A stretch of DNA of 55,238 nt, filler included, from Sphacelaria rigidula (Eukaryota): NCBI GenBank assembly GCA_964200075.2. It is 4 parts of 4 records of this genome, joined end to end, with 100 filler letters (N's around TTAATTAATTAA, not from the genome) between each part and the next. Parts side by side here need not be neighbours in the genome. Positions count along the whole stretch, not along the records: positions 13,837 to 27,571 come from CAXNAA020002697.1; positions 27,672 to 41,406 come from CAXNAA020002698.1; 2 more parts are not named here. The stretch is one strand, 5' to 3'. Shown piece after piece: positions 25,704-38,817 of this stretch. How positions within the stretch are numbered: the stretch's first letter is position 1; each line of letters begins with the position of its first letter. The notes below the pieces were generated by a model. That model did not search any database and was not told the origin of the DNA. It worked only from the letters and a program-made list of their open reading frames with translations. Position numbers and translations under genes: made by a program.

Positions 25704-26708
25704 ATGTCCATATCGAAACGGGATGTGTCCCGCGAGGTGGAGTCTGTGAGTATAAAGAGCTACCAAGCTACCAAGCCTGTTGGCGGGGGGAGAGGAGGGC
25801 GTGCTCGCGTGCAGAGATCGATGACACGACACTTTTGTATACGAGAAACAATTACGCGGAACAGCCGGTATTTCACCTGTAGTTTTCGAAGCGGGTGTGT
25901 TGCGGCCGTCTCTATTCGCGGCAGTGCTAGCGGTTGCCGAGATAGTCAGCAGCTAGTGTGTATTAATATGTCGCAACTCTGGTATTTTTTCACTATTGAG
26001 TATTGTGAGTGTATAGAATTACCTTGCTGTGGTACGTGTTCAAGAGACCCGATCAAACGATGCCACCCTACTGCGGTTTCCATTTTCTACCGCCAGGTCG
26101 GCAGTGGAGGTCTCCGAATATTAAGTATTTTCACCCACCCAGAGTGGTTGTGTACACCAGTAGATACGTAAATACTGTAAGGTGCGGTGAGGCATCGTAA
26201 GCCCTGTAGCTAACGATGGGTGAGAACACAGGCTGCAGGGTGATCCTTTGCTGTTTCGCTTCTGTTTACTTATTGTCTCAGGATAAGGACGTGTGTGAGA
26301 GAGCATTAGAGGACTCTTACAACCTCTCGCGGCGCCTATTTTTTATTTGGAACATAAAACTGCACACACCCCGAGTCGAGCACATCACGTGGTGTGTTGA
26401 GTCTGGGTGACGATATGGTTGATACATCAGTATATTCTCGTCATCACACCCGCCCCCAGCAATCAGTGCGTGGGGACTCTCAGCACAAATGATTTTTTAG
26501 CCGGCTCGCTCGCATGGTACAGGACACCCCCGTGTCCGTTTGCTGCATGCAGGCATCATCCCAGGGGGCGTGCTCTGCATACGCCCTCTTGACACACTCC
26601 CCACTTCATGGGTGTGCCATTCTACGAATATCATCGCAGGTGTACACAGCCCTCGCCAAAGCGCGTGTTCGCAAGGACATGGACCCAGAAGTCTTGAAGG
26701 CATCTCAG
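25704..26708 (+). CDS. Possible small exons of a gene divergent from THG1 (25704-25745, from 26097, from 26282, 26640-26708)
   Basis: ATG...VES|gtgagt and cgcag|VYTALAKARVRKDMDPEVLKASQ|gtcagt have good splice signals. The internal exon chain is unresolved and no domain is recognised. Confidence 0.3.
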
Positions 26709-27571
26709 GTCAGTTGATGAGGCCCTGTTTTACGTTCGTCGTACTGGCAGCTGTACTTCCACTGTGTGAGAGTTGTCTGCAGAAGTTGTTAACTGCCACT
26801 CGGCCCCTGAGAGAGTGCGCCCAGGCGGCCCTCGCCCATGACTCCCGAAGGGCCGCAGGGCGCTCGCGGCGGAGCGATTTTCTCCGTTTTTTTTTTTTTA
26901 ATGGCATGAATTGCTTATTTTTTAGCTGGTTCTCGCGAGAATGGTCAAGCCTCCACAAAAACTGCCTACTACGGGAGTTCGGCGCGGATGTTTTTTCCGA
27001 ATAAGGGTGTGTGTGGATTGTGAGACCTGGTCAGGACGTGCTGTACTCTCCGAGAGGATTCCATCGCACTTTTTTCCCAATCGAATGCCTGCCCAGTTGG
27101 ACTAAAGGCCAGACTCGCAACCACTCACATGAACCAAAAAACAAACCTTTTTTATGTCAGTTTCTACACAAGATCTCGGAAAACCTTTTGGAGGGCTTTT
27201 GGTCTGAGTGAAGGAACTTAATAATCCGGCCCCTAGTGCAACTAGTCGTACGCAAGGTCGGGAAAGTGCGCTTGAACCCTGTCGGAGAGTACGGTATGTC
27301 TATCAGATTATCAGAGGTGGCACAATCCGCCCGACCATCCTCGTTTGGGCGTGCGTCGGCGCCGAACCGCCAAAATCGGTAGTTTTCACAACTACGGCGT
27401 TATTGCGTTGTGAGGCAGGATTCCGAGAGTTGACATGGGACGATCTGCGAGGTCAAGTTCCTAACACTTCGGTCCTGCAGCTCCCGACAAATCGGTTCTG
27501 CAGGCATGCGGATAGACTTTTACGGATGTGGTCTGCAGGTTGAGTATGTCGTCATTAATCCTTTGGGAACC

Positions 27572-27671
27572 NNNNNNNNNNNNNNNNNNNNNNNNNNNNN
27601 NNNNNNNNNNNNNNNTTAATTAATTAANNNNNNNNNNNNNNNNNNNNNNNNNNNNNNNNNNNNNNNNNNNN
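27572..27671. other. Assembly gap with artificial linker
   Basis: N-TTAATTAATTAA-N. Confidence 0.95.
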
Positions 27672-29329
27672 CCCAACTCGTCTGTGTCGATTAGATATTG
27701 CTTTTAGAGCTTAAATCCGTTTTTAGGCTGGCCCAGCTCGTACAATATTAGTGTGAACCGCAGATCAACCTGGTGATGGAACAGGTCCACCGCCGTTCGA
27801 TTGGCGCACTTTTGGCGATGACGTTTTTGTACTTACTGCATTGAGGATTGAGTACCGGATGCGTCTCATCTCGTTGTGTGAGGACGTGTTTAGTGTTTAG
27901 AGTTTCCAAATCTATAAAACGCGGCAGACTTAAGTCAATCAATTACACCGCACAGGGCATAAAGCAGCATAAAGCAGCTCTGACACGAACAATCAAGACC
28001 GCACTGGTAATGTAATGTAATGTAATGTGATGTAATGCTGCCAAATAGCATCACGCTCGCCAGCAGCTCCATCATGGGAGGGGACCCCGAGCAGATTGTC
28101 ACATACAACGAGCACACGCACAAATTTCATTTGGCACTGCAGTATACCCGCCCCACAACAAAACCGTCAACAAAATATCCAAAGCCTTTGAATCTCGAGA
28201 GGAAGCACCAGCATCACCTCGACCTCCAGGGACGCCGAAAAGGTGCTCTAGACAGGCCTTGGAGAACAGCGCAACCCACACTGAGGGGCGCGAGACCAAT
28301 TTCGCACAATTTCGGGGCATAAGGTCGTGCGAAAGTGCTGACATCAGCTTTTTCAACTGAAACAAACACGTTCTGAATAATAACAATACCTCAACGACGG
28401 AAACAAGACTAATCTTAAAAAAAGTAAGCATACGTCGGGAGTTGAACTCGTGACCTCCGCAACGAGTGTCTCCTGCATCAGCACCACTTTCACTTTCACC
28501 ACTTTCACCAACGGGGCGCAGCAGTGTCGCAGCGGTGTCGCACAAAAAGTGATTTGCGCAGCCCAATTCTACAGGTTTTGCGTCGAAATTTTCAAGGGTT
28601 CTCTCCACGCACGCTAGAAATTCCGCATGGAACCAACCGTAGCTTTTCTTTGCTGAAATTTTAGAATTTTCTGGATTTTGTTGTTTTTGATTGCTCCCGG
28701 TACTGTCCGCCTACTCATAATGCAACGTCTCAAATTTTAGCCTCTACCTCCTGGAACCAAGGTGCGCAAGATTGTTCAACTGCCAATAGGAACTCTTGGC
28801 TGGCCCAGCTCGTTCTACTTGGAAGAAGAGGAAAAAGAAGAAAAGGACGCATGCATGATCTTGCCTTGAATCTGACACGAAAACAACACGCAAAATATAA
28901 CACAAGCCTTGCGCCGCCTGCTAGCATGTGCGACTATCTTTCCATGTTCAATTCAGGCCTGAGATGCGGTGCGGAACCGTTTTGCAAAGAAAACGACGAT
29001 GACAAATGACTTACAGTATAATAATTTTCTTTCCACGCAGTGACTTACCCCACCCCCGCCTCGCAGGAAGAACACCTGCTCCAGACCTCATTACATGCAC
29101 ATTACATACAGTAGTGCCGCATCTTTGATGTAGAACAGCTCGCTACAGACAGCGCGCTGTACGCCCAAACTTGTATCAACGCATCAGTTCCTATATTCCT
29201 ACATTCCTACGGCCTGCCCACCGTTGGAAAATGCTCTTGTTGTTGTCCGTGGCCGCCTCGTGCAACTTTACACGGACTGCCCCTTTACAGCTTTTCCGGC
29301 CGGAACATAATATTCGACCCCGACCTAAC

Positions 29330-32300
29330 CTAACCCAAACTACCCCGCAGGAACGAGAAAAAATCGGACGGGTCACCCGTAGATTGTCAACAAGAGGATT
29401 GGGTTGGCATAGAACCGGCCTACTTTCCCCCGGCCTCAGCCTCGAGCGCTTAGGCCAGGTTGGGCCGGCTGACAGCAGCGGCCCAAGGAAAGACACAGCA
29501 TTTTGGCTAGTACGGAGAATCAGCCACACCTACTGTCAAACTGCTCCGTACCACGTCCGTGCGGGAGCTGTGTGACTCTCACTGTCAAAGTACCCCGCAT
29601 GCACAAGCTGTACGGTGTTCATGACCCGTGATACAGTCGATACTCTCCCCCAGTCGTAGACCCGAACCACCGAGACCGGGTTTAGGCCAGCTAGGACAAC
29701 GACCCCTGGAAGAGTACAGCACTCGGCCTATGCGGAGAGTAACTCCTACTGTCGAACTGCTCCGCACCACAGTGGTGTGGGATGGAATCCCCATCGCGCT
29801 GGCATTACTGCCTGCACCATACGGTGGCTAACACCCGTACATTTGCTGTTACATGGCGATGATGTCGGAACACGCTCTCCCCCTGCCGGCGGGGGCCCCT
29901 AATGTGACTACTCATCGCCACCGCCGAAAGCGTTTTTGCCGTAGCTCTGAGAGCAGACAGCGGCGTACGTGTAAGCAAAAATGTCGACTTGGTGGAGGTC
30001 GACTTGCGCAGGGCCCGCTGAAGCCTGCGCAGGACCGAAGAGGCATGAACCAGCGCAGGCAGAAGAGTGCGTGGAAACAGAGAATAGCCCACGAACGCTG
30101 GATCAAATACCAACAGGAAGGGACACGGCAAAACGAAAGAAGAGAAGGAGGGCAAGACCAGCCCGGCGAGCCGCCAAGGCTCAGGCTCGCGCTCGTCGTA
30201 CCATCGCGGAGGCGGAGTCTCGACCCAAAGAGCTGGTGGTGGCCACTTGGCATGTACGGACCCTGACCGAGGGAGGTTCCAACGGCACAGGCCACGCCGA
30301 GAACCTGCTGCTTTTGCATCCAAATACAACTGTGATTTCGTCGCCCTTCAAGAAACCCGGCGCGATGGACGAACAACCTTCCACGCACCGGCAGCAGGAT
30401 ACACATCGTTCACTACAGCAGCCACTGCCATGGAGACGGGGGTAAACCGGGGATACTCGGAGTCGGCCTCGCCATTAAGGATACTATCGCCAGCACGCTA
30501 GGCCCAGAAGCCATCACCCCCAAACACGTGAGAGCTAGGATCCTCAAGGCACGAGTTGCTTTCAGGCATAGCGTTGCATCAACCTTCATCGTAGCGTATG
30601 CTCCTACTGAGACAGCGCAAGGTTATGAAAAGACCAAGCCCTGGCAAACCCTCGGTAGTGCCATCGCTGAAGTGCTCACCAACGAGCACCTAATACTCAT
30701 GATGGACGCCAATGCTCGTACCGAAAAGAGAAGGAGGCATGGATGACGTTCGGGTATTGGGAGAATATGGCAGGGACACCCAGAATGAAACGGTAGACGC
30801 CTACTGAAATGAGCTGCGGAACAGAAAATGGCCATCACCAACATATTTTTCCGCACACCAAATCGCGGGGAAAGCTCGATCGTATACATATATGCGGGGC
30901 CGAAGGTCGAACACCGCTGGCGCCTGGACTACATCCTAGTACGTCAGCAAGACCGCAGAGTCGTCCGAAATATCATTGTGCACCCCGAGATGAAATGGGA
31001 CCATCGTCTGGTCTCAGCCACCATCCGTCTCCCCGGATGAAGCACTCCTAACCGCCAAACAAAACCGAGAGGCGGGGATAGGAAAGTGCGTTTCGACCGC
31101 AACGCTCTCGCATCCGACCGACGCTGGAGAACGACTGTTTCACATGCCATTGTCGCTAAGCTCCCGAATGTCACAAATTATTACCCCACAGTAATGGACA
31201 TCAATGATATGGCATATACCTTCGCCAACGCCCTGGGACAGACGGCCGCGGAAACACTCACTCGATGTCCCAAGAAAATCCCATCTTGAGGTTTCAGTGA
31301 GTCAACTCAAGCTCAAGATCGCCTCCAAAAGGCGTGGGATATCAGGGAAAGTGTATGGAAGAATCTGCGACCAAGCCCGAAAGACCCTGTCCTGAAGAAG
31401 GCGCTGAAGGTGACGGATAAAGCGTTCAAGCAGGTAGAGGATGCTGAGCTGCAGAACTTCGTTCACGAATTCACAGTCCGGACCTCGGATTTCGTTCGCA
31501 AGAAGGATCAAGCAGGACTGTACCAGCATACCAAGTCCTTGGAACTGGAAGGAAAGAAGCAGAGCGATTCAACTTACATCAGGAGCGCGACTGGCGAGCT
31601 GTTGCGGGACAAGCTACCCATCCTGCAACGATAGAAGGAATGGTTCGAAACACAGCTGAACGCAACCTCGCCTACGATCAACCACTCTGTCATCGATGTC
31701 ATCGAACAGATGCCGAAGCTCACACCACTCGCGGCAGAGCCCTCGATGGCAGGAGAGAAGGAAGCGGTGGGCAAGCTGGCGAACGGAAAGGCTGTTGGGA
31801 CGGACAGCATCTGTGACGCACTATTGGAGCCCGGCCGCACCCAGGACTCTGCCATCCTGAAGTGCCTCCACGACGTGCTCACCGTGTGGCGTCAACAAGT
31901 AGTGCCGCAGGAGAGGAAAGAAATCATCATCAAAGTGCTTTTCAAGAAACAGGACCCGTACGAATGCGGCAACTACGGCGGTATTTCTCTCGGGTCCCAC
32001 GCGGGCAAGGTGATACTCCAGATAGTTTTGACTTGCCTCAGCGCTTACTGCGAGTGAAAGGGAATCCTCCCGGAAGCACAATGCAGTTTCCGACCTGGCC
32101 GGTCCACAGTCGACATGATGTTTGTTGTGCGCAAGCTCCAAGAACTGGCCAGAGAGAAGAATCTTCCTCTATACATGTGCTTCATTGACCTCCGAAAGGC
32201 ATACGACTCAGTGTACCGCTCTCTTCTCTGGAAAGTTCTAGCACGCTACGGTATCCCCGCCAAGGTCATTTCCACATGCGGGCATACGTACGCCTAGACA

Positions 32301-32706
32301 GCGGCGAGATATCTGAGTGGTTTAACGTTAAGTAGGGCCTCCGCCAAGGGTGTGTGCTTTCCCCCGGTCTGTTCAAAACTTTTTTCGCGGCGGTGCTGAC
32401 GGTAACGTTCGATCACTTCTCGATCAATGAAGCGGTGGCGCAGGACTTCATCCGCATCGCTGAAAGGGGCGGGAAGACCAGGGACGAACTCAGCAGAGTG
32501 CTCTGGGCCATGCTATACGCCACCGACGCTGGCATCGCCTCGCGGTCCCAGGTAAGCGTGGCAAAGATGATGACGGCCGTCGTCGAAGTATGTGCGGCAT
32601 TCAGTCTCGTCATGGCGGAAAAGGAGACAGTCGCCATGCACATGCGTTCCCCGAACGTGGACACGGATACGATCGAGGTGGAGGCAGCGGGCCGAAGGTA
32701 AAAGCA
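29330..32706 (+). mobile_element. Degenerate non-LTR retrotransposon (RTE-like LINE; APE endonuclease + reverse transcriptase), 3'-truncated
   Basis: Endonuclease motifs: VATWHVRTL, VALQETRR, IVAYAPTE, MDANAR, RLDYILV, DHRLV. RT motifs: [50 protein letters not shown] (YADD position). Many stops and frameshifts; no separate ORF1 seen. The 5' boundary is approximate. Confidence 0.93.
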
Positions 32707-33486
32707 TGTGCTCAATACAGAGTCATCACCGCCTCTGATGCAACACATACTGAGCCTGCTCTTATGAAATCATGCTCACCGAGCACGGTACAGTTGTGTA
32801 CTCGACGATACTGCTGAACACGGTGCCGTCTGTAAGTAGATGTAGGTTGTCAAAAGCCGTCACTTCACATCAGCATTACCAGAAAGTCTGCGCGGTAATA
32901 CGTACATGTGTGAAGGTATACATGAAGTCATCAAGTAATCAAGTCTGGTCGCAGCATCACGTGAGGTAGAAAATACAGCACGCTGCTGCGCTTCCCAAGT
33001 TATAGATTATCAATATATCCACCTACAGTACTGTACACCCCAGACAACAGACGATACAAAATAAACACCGTACGACACGCCATGCGTACAGAAATACACG
33101 CACACACATATATGTGACACAAACATATTCATACATGTACGCACACCACGAAAATCGAGAGGTTTGCATGTTTCACTGACGAAGCAAGATGATAAGCGAT
33201 GAATGATAAAATGGCCATGACGCTCACACTCACACGTGCACAGTACGGTACAGTACAGTACAGTACAGCGGTTGAGTTAAATTAAGTCCACGTGCAATGG
33301 CACATGGGCTACACAAGCCTCACGACACGCCAAGTCTTTGTGGTGTCCTTGTATCATGAATCAATTCGAATGTAGAATATATTGTAGCTCTTCATGCACT
33401 TGGCATGTACGGTGCACGCTACTCAATATAGCACATGGCCACGGCTAAAACAAATCTCACGACCGTGCACGACGTTCATTGCTCAC

Positions 33487-33669
33487 CTGGGATGCCCAGC
33501 CAAAGCCAGGAACAGACTTGAGAGATTCTTTTAATACGATCTTTAGTCCGGAGAGCTGCCCTTGCTGCAAACACAAGCACCATAAGAACATCCAGTCTAC
33601 CCGAGTCCTATGGTTGCAGATAATCATCGCCGGTTCTCCATATGGGATCATGTCGCCTGAAATCTTCAC
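33487..33669 (-). CDS. Exon of a lysophospholipid acyltransferase (LCLAT1/LPAT4-5-like, PlsC family)
   Basis: cag|VKISGDMIPYGEPAMIICNHRTRVDWMFLW...LKIVLKESLKSVPGFGWASQ|gtgagc carries the catalytic HX4D motif and the K..LK..PGFGW block. Other exons are not firmly placed. Confidence 0.85.
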
Positions 33670-36600
33670 CTGTGCGGCATGGAAGCGTACGTAGTGCATG
33701 CATTTCAACATGAAACGAGAGGCACGAGTATCTTTTCCAACTGCACAAACTGTCACTGCCTCGATACACAAAACAAATGTGTACCATACACCATGGATTG
33801 CGCTAGAGTATCGCCTTTGCACGCATGCCGCCTGTACACGCGATACAAGTGAGTGTGATGGAAAGAGAGTATTACGCACGGCATCGCAAAACGACGGGTT
33901 GACTCTCTGCAATCCCAACGGGCATTGCGTTCTCTTGTTCCAGTCAGTCAGTGCTCGAAGTGTCAGTGCCAGCGCCCATAGATCCAACGTTGACGCCAAG
34001 CCTGGACGACCATCGCAACAAAATGTCGGTAAACCCGAAACAAGTTACACCGCCATACCTCACTTAACTACACTACACTATGCACAAGATTGGTTTTAAC
34101 ATGCCAGAAACAAGCGGAGACAGACAATGCGAGTATGAATAGCGTTGCAGCCCATATAGTGATACGCAAGACCCGGTATAGTGAAGAGAGCAATATAATA
34201 TGGTACTTGGAATGTTACAGCCCAACGGTCACCCCCAGCACCAGCACAAAACAAGACAAAACAAGACAAGGCAACAAGATACTGGATACTGTACTGGAGG
34301 AAAGCCACTTCATTTAGCACATATGACCTACTGAGCTTCTCGAGCCTATCTTCCACGACAATATCACACGTCGGACAGATCATGATCCGAATCAGTCTGA
34401 AAATTACTTCTCCTCAGTATGCTGATCCGGCTCATGATCCGGATCAGTTGGCTACCCTTTCTCACATCTGCTCCTTACAGCGCCGGACGTCGAGCACGCC
34501 GAGTAGCGCAAAGGTTGCGTTTTGACTTTCCTGACTCCGTGGTCACATATTTTGCGTTTTTGGACTAACAGATTCGAGTGCCTTCTTTGATTGGTTGTCT
34601 CAGAAAGATCATGATTTGTCCGATCTGTGGAAAAATATCTTGCACGAAAAGCACGCTCAACTCCAATGTGGCAATGTTTCATGTACAAGCAAAGCTCCAA
34701 CGTTTAATTGATACCTGCACGTCCAGCCATACCGACAACACAAGACAAGCAGTCCTTCCTTGGACCAATGATACATAACATGACATCGCATAACATGGCA
34801 TGGCCTAACCGCGCGCGTGACACGAACATTGATTCTTCCGACCAATACTTGTATAACCGTGGTACCAAGGTATGAACAGACGGTGTTTCGACTCCTTCAT
34901 CATGCAAACAAACAAATGCAGCGTTGCAACAGCAGTGCGGCATGATGTGATGTGATGTGATATGATCATGGTGGGGACGGAGGACAGATGGGCCTTACAC
35001 TTTCAGGTATCACCGCCCAGTATTGAGTATGCCGACATGTACCCAGTGTCAGTAAGTGCGAGTTTGAAATGAGCATGGCGGATGACTATATTCGCTTTCG
35101 TTCTAAAACAAATCTGCATGTTCCCTGTAGTGAAAAGTGTAACGGGAAACGGGCCGGACATACGGCACACTTCCTCGACATGGATACAGTCTGTGTATGT
35201 ATGTACCGTACTCAGTAGTAGGTACAGTAGTTACTAGTACTCAGCACGGGCTCACGGCGGGCGTGTCTTCTGAACACAATTTGGCATAATGCGAGTACTG
35301 GACCCGAAAAGTTGCAAACTACAAGTAACGGCAAACAAGTCCCCCGCTCATAAATATTGACGCGTGAACCCAATCACGAGAGACAACGCGAGCTGCACAA
35401 AGCCCAGTAGCTTTTGGAGAACCAAGTTGCGGTATGCTTGCTTCCTATTTGTGTCAGTAGGCCATGAATTGAAAAGTATTTGCCATTTCTGGACACCTCC
35501 AGAAGCTCGACACTGCCTGTTGTCCAGAAAAATCGCAATAAATTGCTTGGAGCAGCTCTCGCAAATGAGAATCTACCTGCGCGCTTATCCCAGCGTCGCC
35601 TTGCACAATTTTGTAAACAGTACAATTGGGACGTAGAGGAAGCAGCCTAACACACCCAAGGACCGGGAGCACGCACAGATAGAGACAGAGAAAGATACAG
35701 ATCTTACACACGTATTGTTGCGTGCGATCCATTATTGCCAAACTTGCGCAGAGACTTCCGCAAGACCAAACCATGATGATACTCATTGATTTGGACACTG
35801 TGGTGCTGCTCATTGATTTGGACACTGAGCAAAACACAGGGAAACTTCACGCAGATTGCTGTTGCTCGCCCATTTTCGCACAAACTTTTACTAAAATGGA
35901 GGACCTCGTCCTGAGCTAGACGGTGGCGATAGTACGCGTCTGAAGGTGTCATGTCTCTAGCGTGAGTGTCTGAAGTTGCTGATAATGTACGCGTTAAAAT
36001 GTTGAGCAAACGTTTCCAACGGTCGCACGTCACAACGGTGGGAGGAAAAAAATATTGCTCTTGTTGTGACTGTTGTCCTGGCTTGGCTTCTCGCGCCACA
36101 TCTCTTCGCTCCAGATAAGCATCCTCTTGTTTTAGACTGTTTTGGACTCCTCCGGTAAGACTTGACAGAACCCCGGGGGGGAAAAGCGAAGAGCGCTACT
36201 GAACGAATAGGAGTATTATGACGTAAAACCATCCGACGACTTGATCACACACTAGGTGACGTATTTTTAACAGATAAAAACACCCGCCGATTCGTACGAG
36301 GACGCCAGAAATCTGCGCACAGCTGAAATACTTAGGTCAAGAAAGCACACAGTACGGCAAGTTTGAGGCAGGCTGGTCCGGAGAAAGAGCAGCCCCAGGT
36401 TTTCCAATGCTGTTCAATGATTTCGCCGCACATGCGCATATCCACAACAGCAGATTACAGTAAGTCTTATGCGGTACCTATCTCAACGGTGTACCGTGCG
36501 TGCGTGGTCTAGGGCTTCTTCTCACTGCCGGGTTGCCGGGTTGCCGGATTGCCGGATTGCCCCCCCTCCTCGGGGCGAGTCTCTAGTATAGAGTCGAGTG

Positions 36601-36878
36601 TTTAGTGTCTACCGTCAAGGGATCAGCCCATCTCTCCCCCGCTATCCAGTTGCCTTGCAACTTATTATCGAGTAGTGGGCATTGGATCATTACCACCATG
36701 GCAATAGTGACTATCACCACTACCGCAGGCTGTCGGCTCTTAGTTCTCACAAGCCACTGTCGACGGGAAGCAGTAGAAACAATCATCACCTTCGGGACTC
36801 GAGCCCACCACCATCACAAGTAATCCGACGACCCAAGCTGCCACTTTCACTTTCGGGGTGAGGCGGAATATACGGTTA

Positions 36879-37021
36879 ATATTATTATATCCGTCACATT
36901 AGCTCGACCTCTCGAACTCGTGGTCACAGAGTGCAAGGAGCATACCACCCATACCCATAACTCAAACAACCCGCAAAGGAAGGCAAGAAACAAACCATCT
37001 ACACGAAAATGGGCACCTACA
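36879..37021 (-). mobile_element. Short retroposon family E, copy 1
   Basis: ~145 bp, closely similar to 54510-54666. (TAA)-type tail on the minus strand and the same 5' end TGTAGGTGCCC. Confidence 0.7.
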
Positions 37022-37033
37022 CTACGAAAGATC

Positions 37034-37571
37034 CAAGGTTGTGTTCTGTAGGGTACTGGTATGTTCTGCAGGGTATGAAATTCCTTACAGAACTTACAGA
37101 AATATCGGGTACCGGTTTGAAAGTCTTCCAGAGATTACAGAACTTGTCGGGTACGGTATGGGAGGCTTACAGAATAACCGTACCGGCAATCGGCTATTTC
37201 TTCGAGAGCATAACCGCGCTCCGGGTACAGGTGAACATTCTGTACTAAACTCACACAACTGTCGGGTAAGGGTATGGGAGGCTTAAAGAACTCACAGAAA
37301 CTGTCGGGTAGGGTATGGAGGTTGCACAAAAAACCGTACCCGCAATCGGGTATCTCATCAAGAGCATAACCGTGCCCCCCGGTAACGGTACGGGAGTCTT
37401 ACAGAGATTGCAGAACTATCGGGTAAGGGTACGAAAATCTTTCACAGACTACAGAACTGTCGGGTACAGGTATGAAAGTCTTACAGAAGTCACATAATTG
37501 TCGGATACGGTAAATGCCCGGAAAAATACCCCGGGTATACAGAAAACCGTACTCTACAGAACACAACTTTG
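37034..37571. mobile_element. hAT-like non-autonomous element family C with internal degenerate tandem repeats
   Basis: TIRs CAAGGTTGTGTTCTGTAGGGTAC and GTACTCTACAGAACACAACTTTG. 8-bp TSD GAAAGATC/GAAATATC. Repeated ACAGAACTGTCGGGTACGGTATG-like units inside. Confidence 0.85.
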
Positions 37572-38817
37572 GAAATATCCGTGAAGGACCGACTGAACGA
37601 ACGACGGGAGACATGCCGGAATCTAAAAAGTCTCGGCGTGTGATCTCTTTGACTACCTTGCCAAGTACTCGTGTATACACAGAGTAGTAACAACGAGTAA
37701 GCCGATGATCGAAGCTGTCGCATAGAACAGAGACCAACCCCAAAATAGATCTACTGTCTAGACAGCTGTTCAAAGAGGTCTTCTACGGAGCCTGCGCACC
37801 GGAGACTGAATAACATCAGATAAGAAGATCGAAAAGCGACAAAGCAAAACGAAAGAAGACGAGCCGATGGCAACGAGGAGGGAAGGCGAGAAACACCATC
37901 TCCCTTGGGCTCTGGTCAAGTAGTATCATCATCAAAACACAACAGACAGGGTGTCTAGCCTACACACGACATGGCGTTATCAGCAAAACAGACTCTGTTC
38001 CGCGTGTCCATTATTCAACCATGAAAACATGGGTGTCCACAACAAAACAGATAAGTAATATTCCGCCCTCAACGAAATTAGCGGCCCTGCTCTGCTCTTC
38101 GCTGCAAAAGGTCCTCTTCGAAGTTGACCTCCTGACGCTCCCATCTGTCCTCACCAGCGTCCATGGTCGACGCAACCGCCCATCCTCGCCAGTGTCCAAG
38201 GTCCCACATAGTTCTCGTGGTTGTTCGCGGCCAGTGCCCTCTCTGCTTCCTTTCGTGATGAAACACGAACACTTCCTCCTTCGTGATGCACTCTGCTTCT
38301 GGTCTTCAAGTTTCTCGTCCAGGAGGCTCAACCAGACCTAACCCACCCGTCCGTTGACGACCGCTTCTCCTTCATCCTTGTCGCCGAAACCAGCTCACAC
38401 AGGCACACGTTCCTTTGTATCAAAGGTGCGCGTGCCAGCTGTCGATAGCGGTGTCATCTGCCTCCGCGCACACAGCGAGTCCCCACATACCCGCACTCAG
38501 GGTGTTGACACATTTCACTGACATATTATACTGCTGCATAACAACAGGGGTGGGTGGGGTGTGCCTGATGGGCACCGCGAGTAGTGAGAAGGAGCCACTA
38601 CGTGAAGGTGAGTCCGGTCTTACACCCGCCGAAAAGAGCCTCTCCACGCCGTACCGACAGGACCGGTCATGGTCTTCGTTGGAGGGCGGGGAACGGAGGT
38701 ACGGTAAAGACCTGAAGATATCAGAAAGTACAACTACGCCGCTGTTTTTGTGTTCTGTTTTCGTAGATGTGGCGCGATCATTCAAATCTCTCGCGCAGGA
38801 CGAGCAGTCATACCTCT

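Noticed and set aside
37080..37520. CRISPR-like repeat array
   Set aside because: The units are degenerate with no unique spacers, no cas genes are present, the context is eukaryotic, and the array is bounded by TIRs and an 8-bp TSD.
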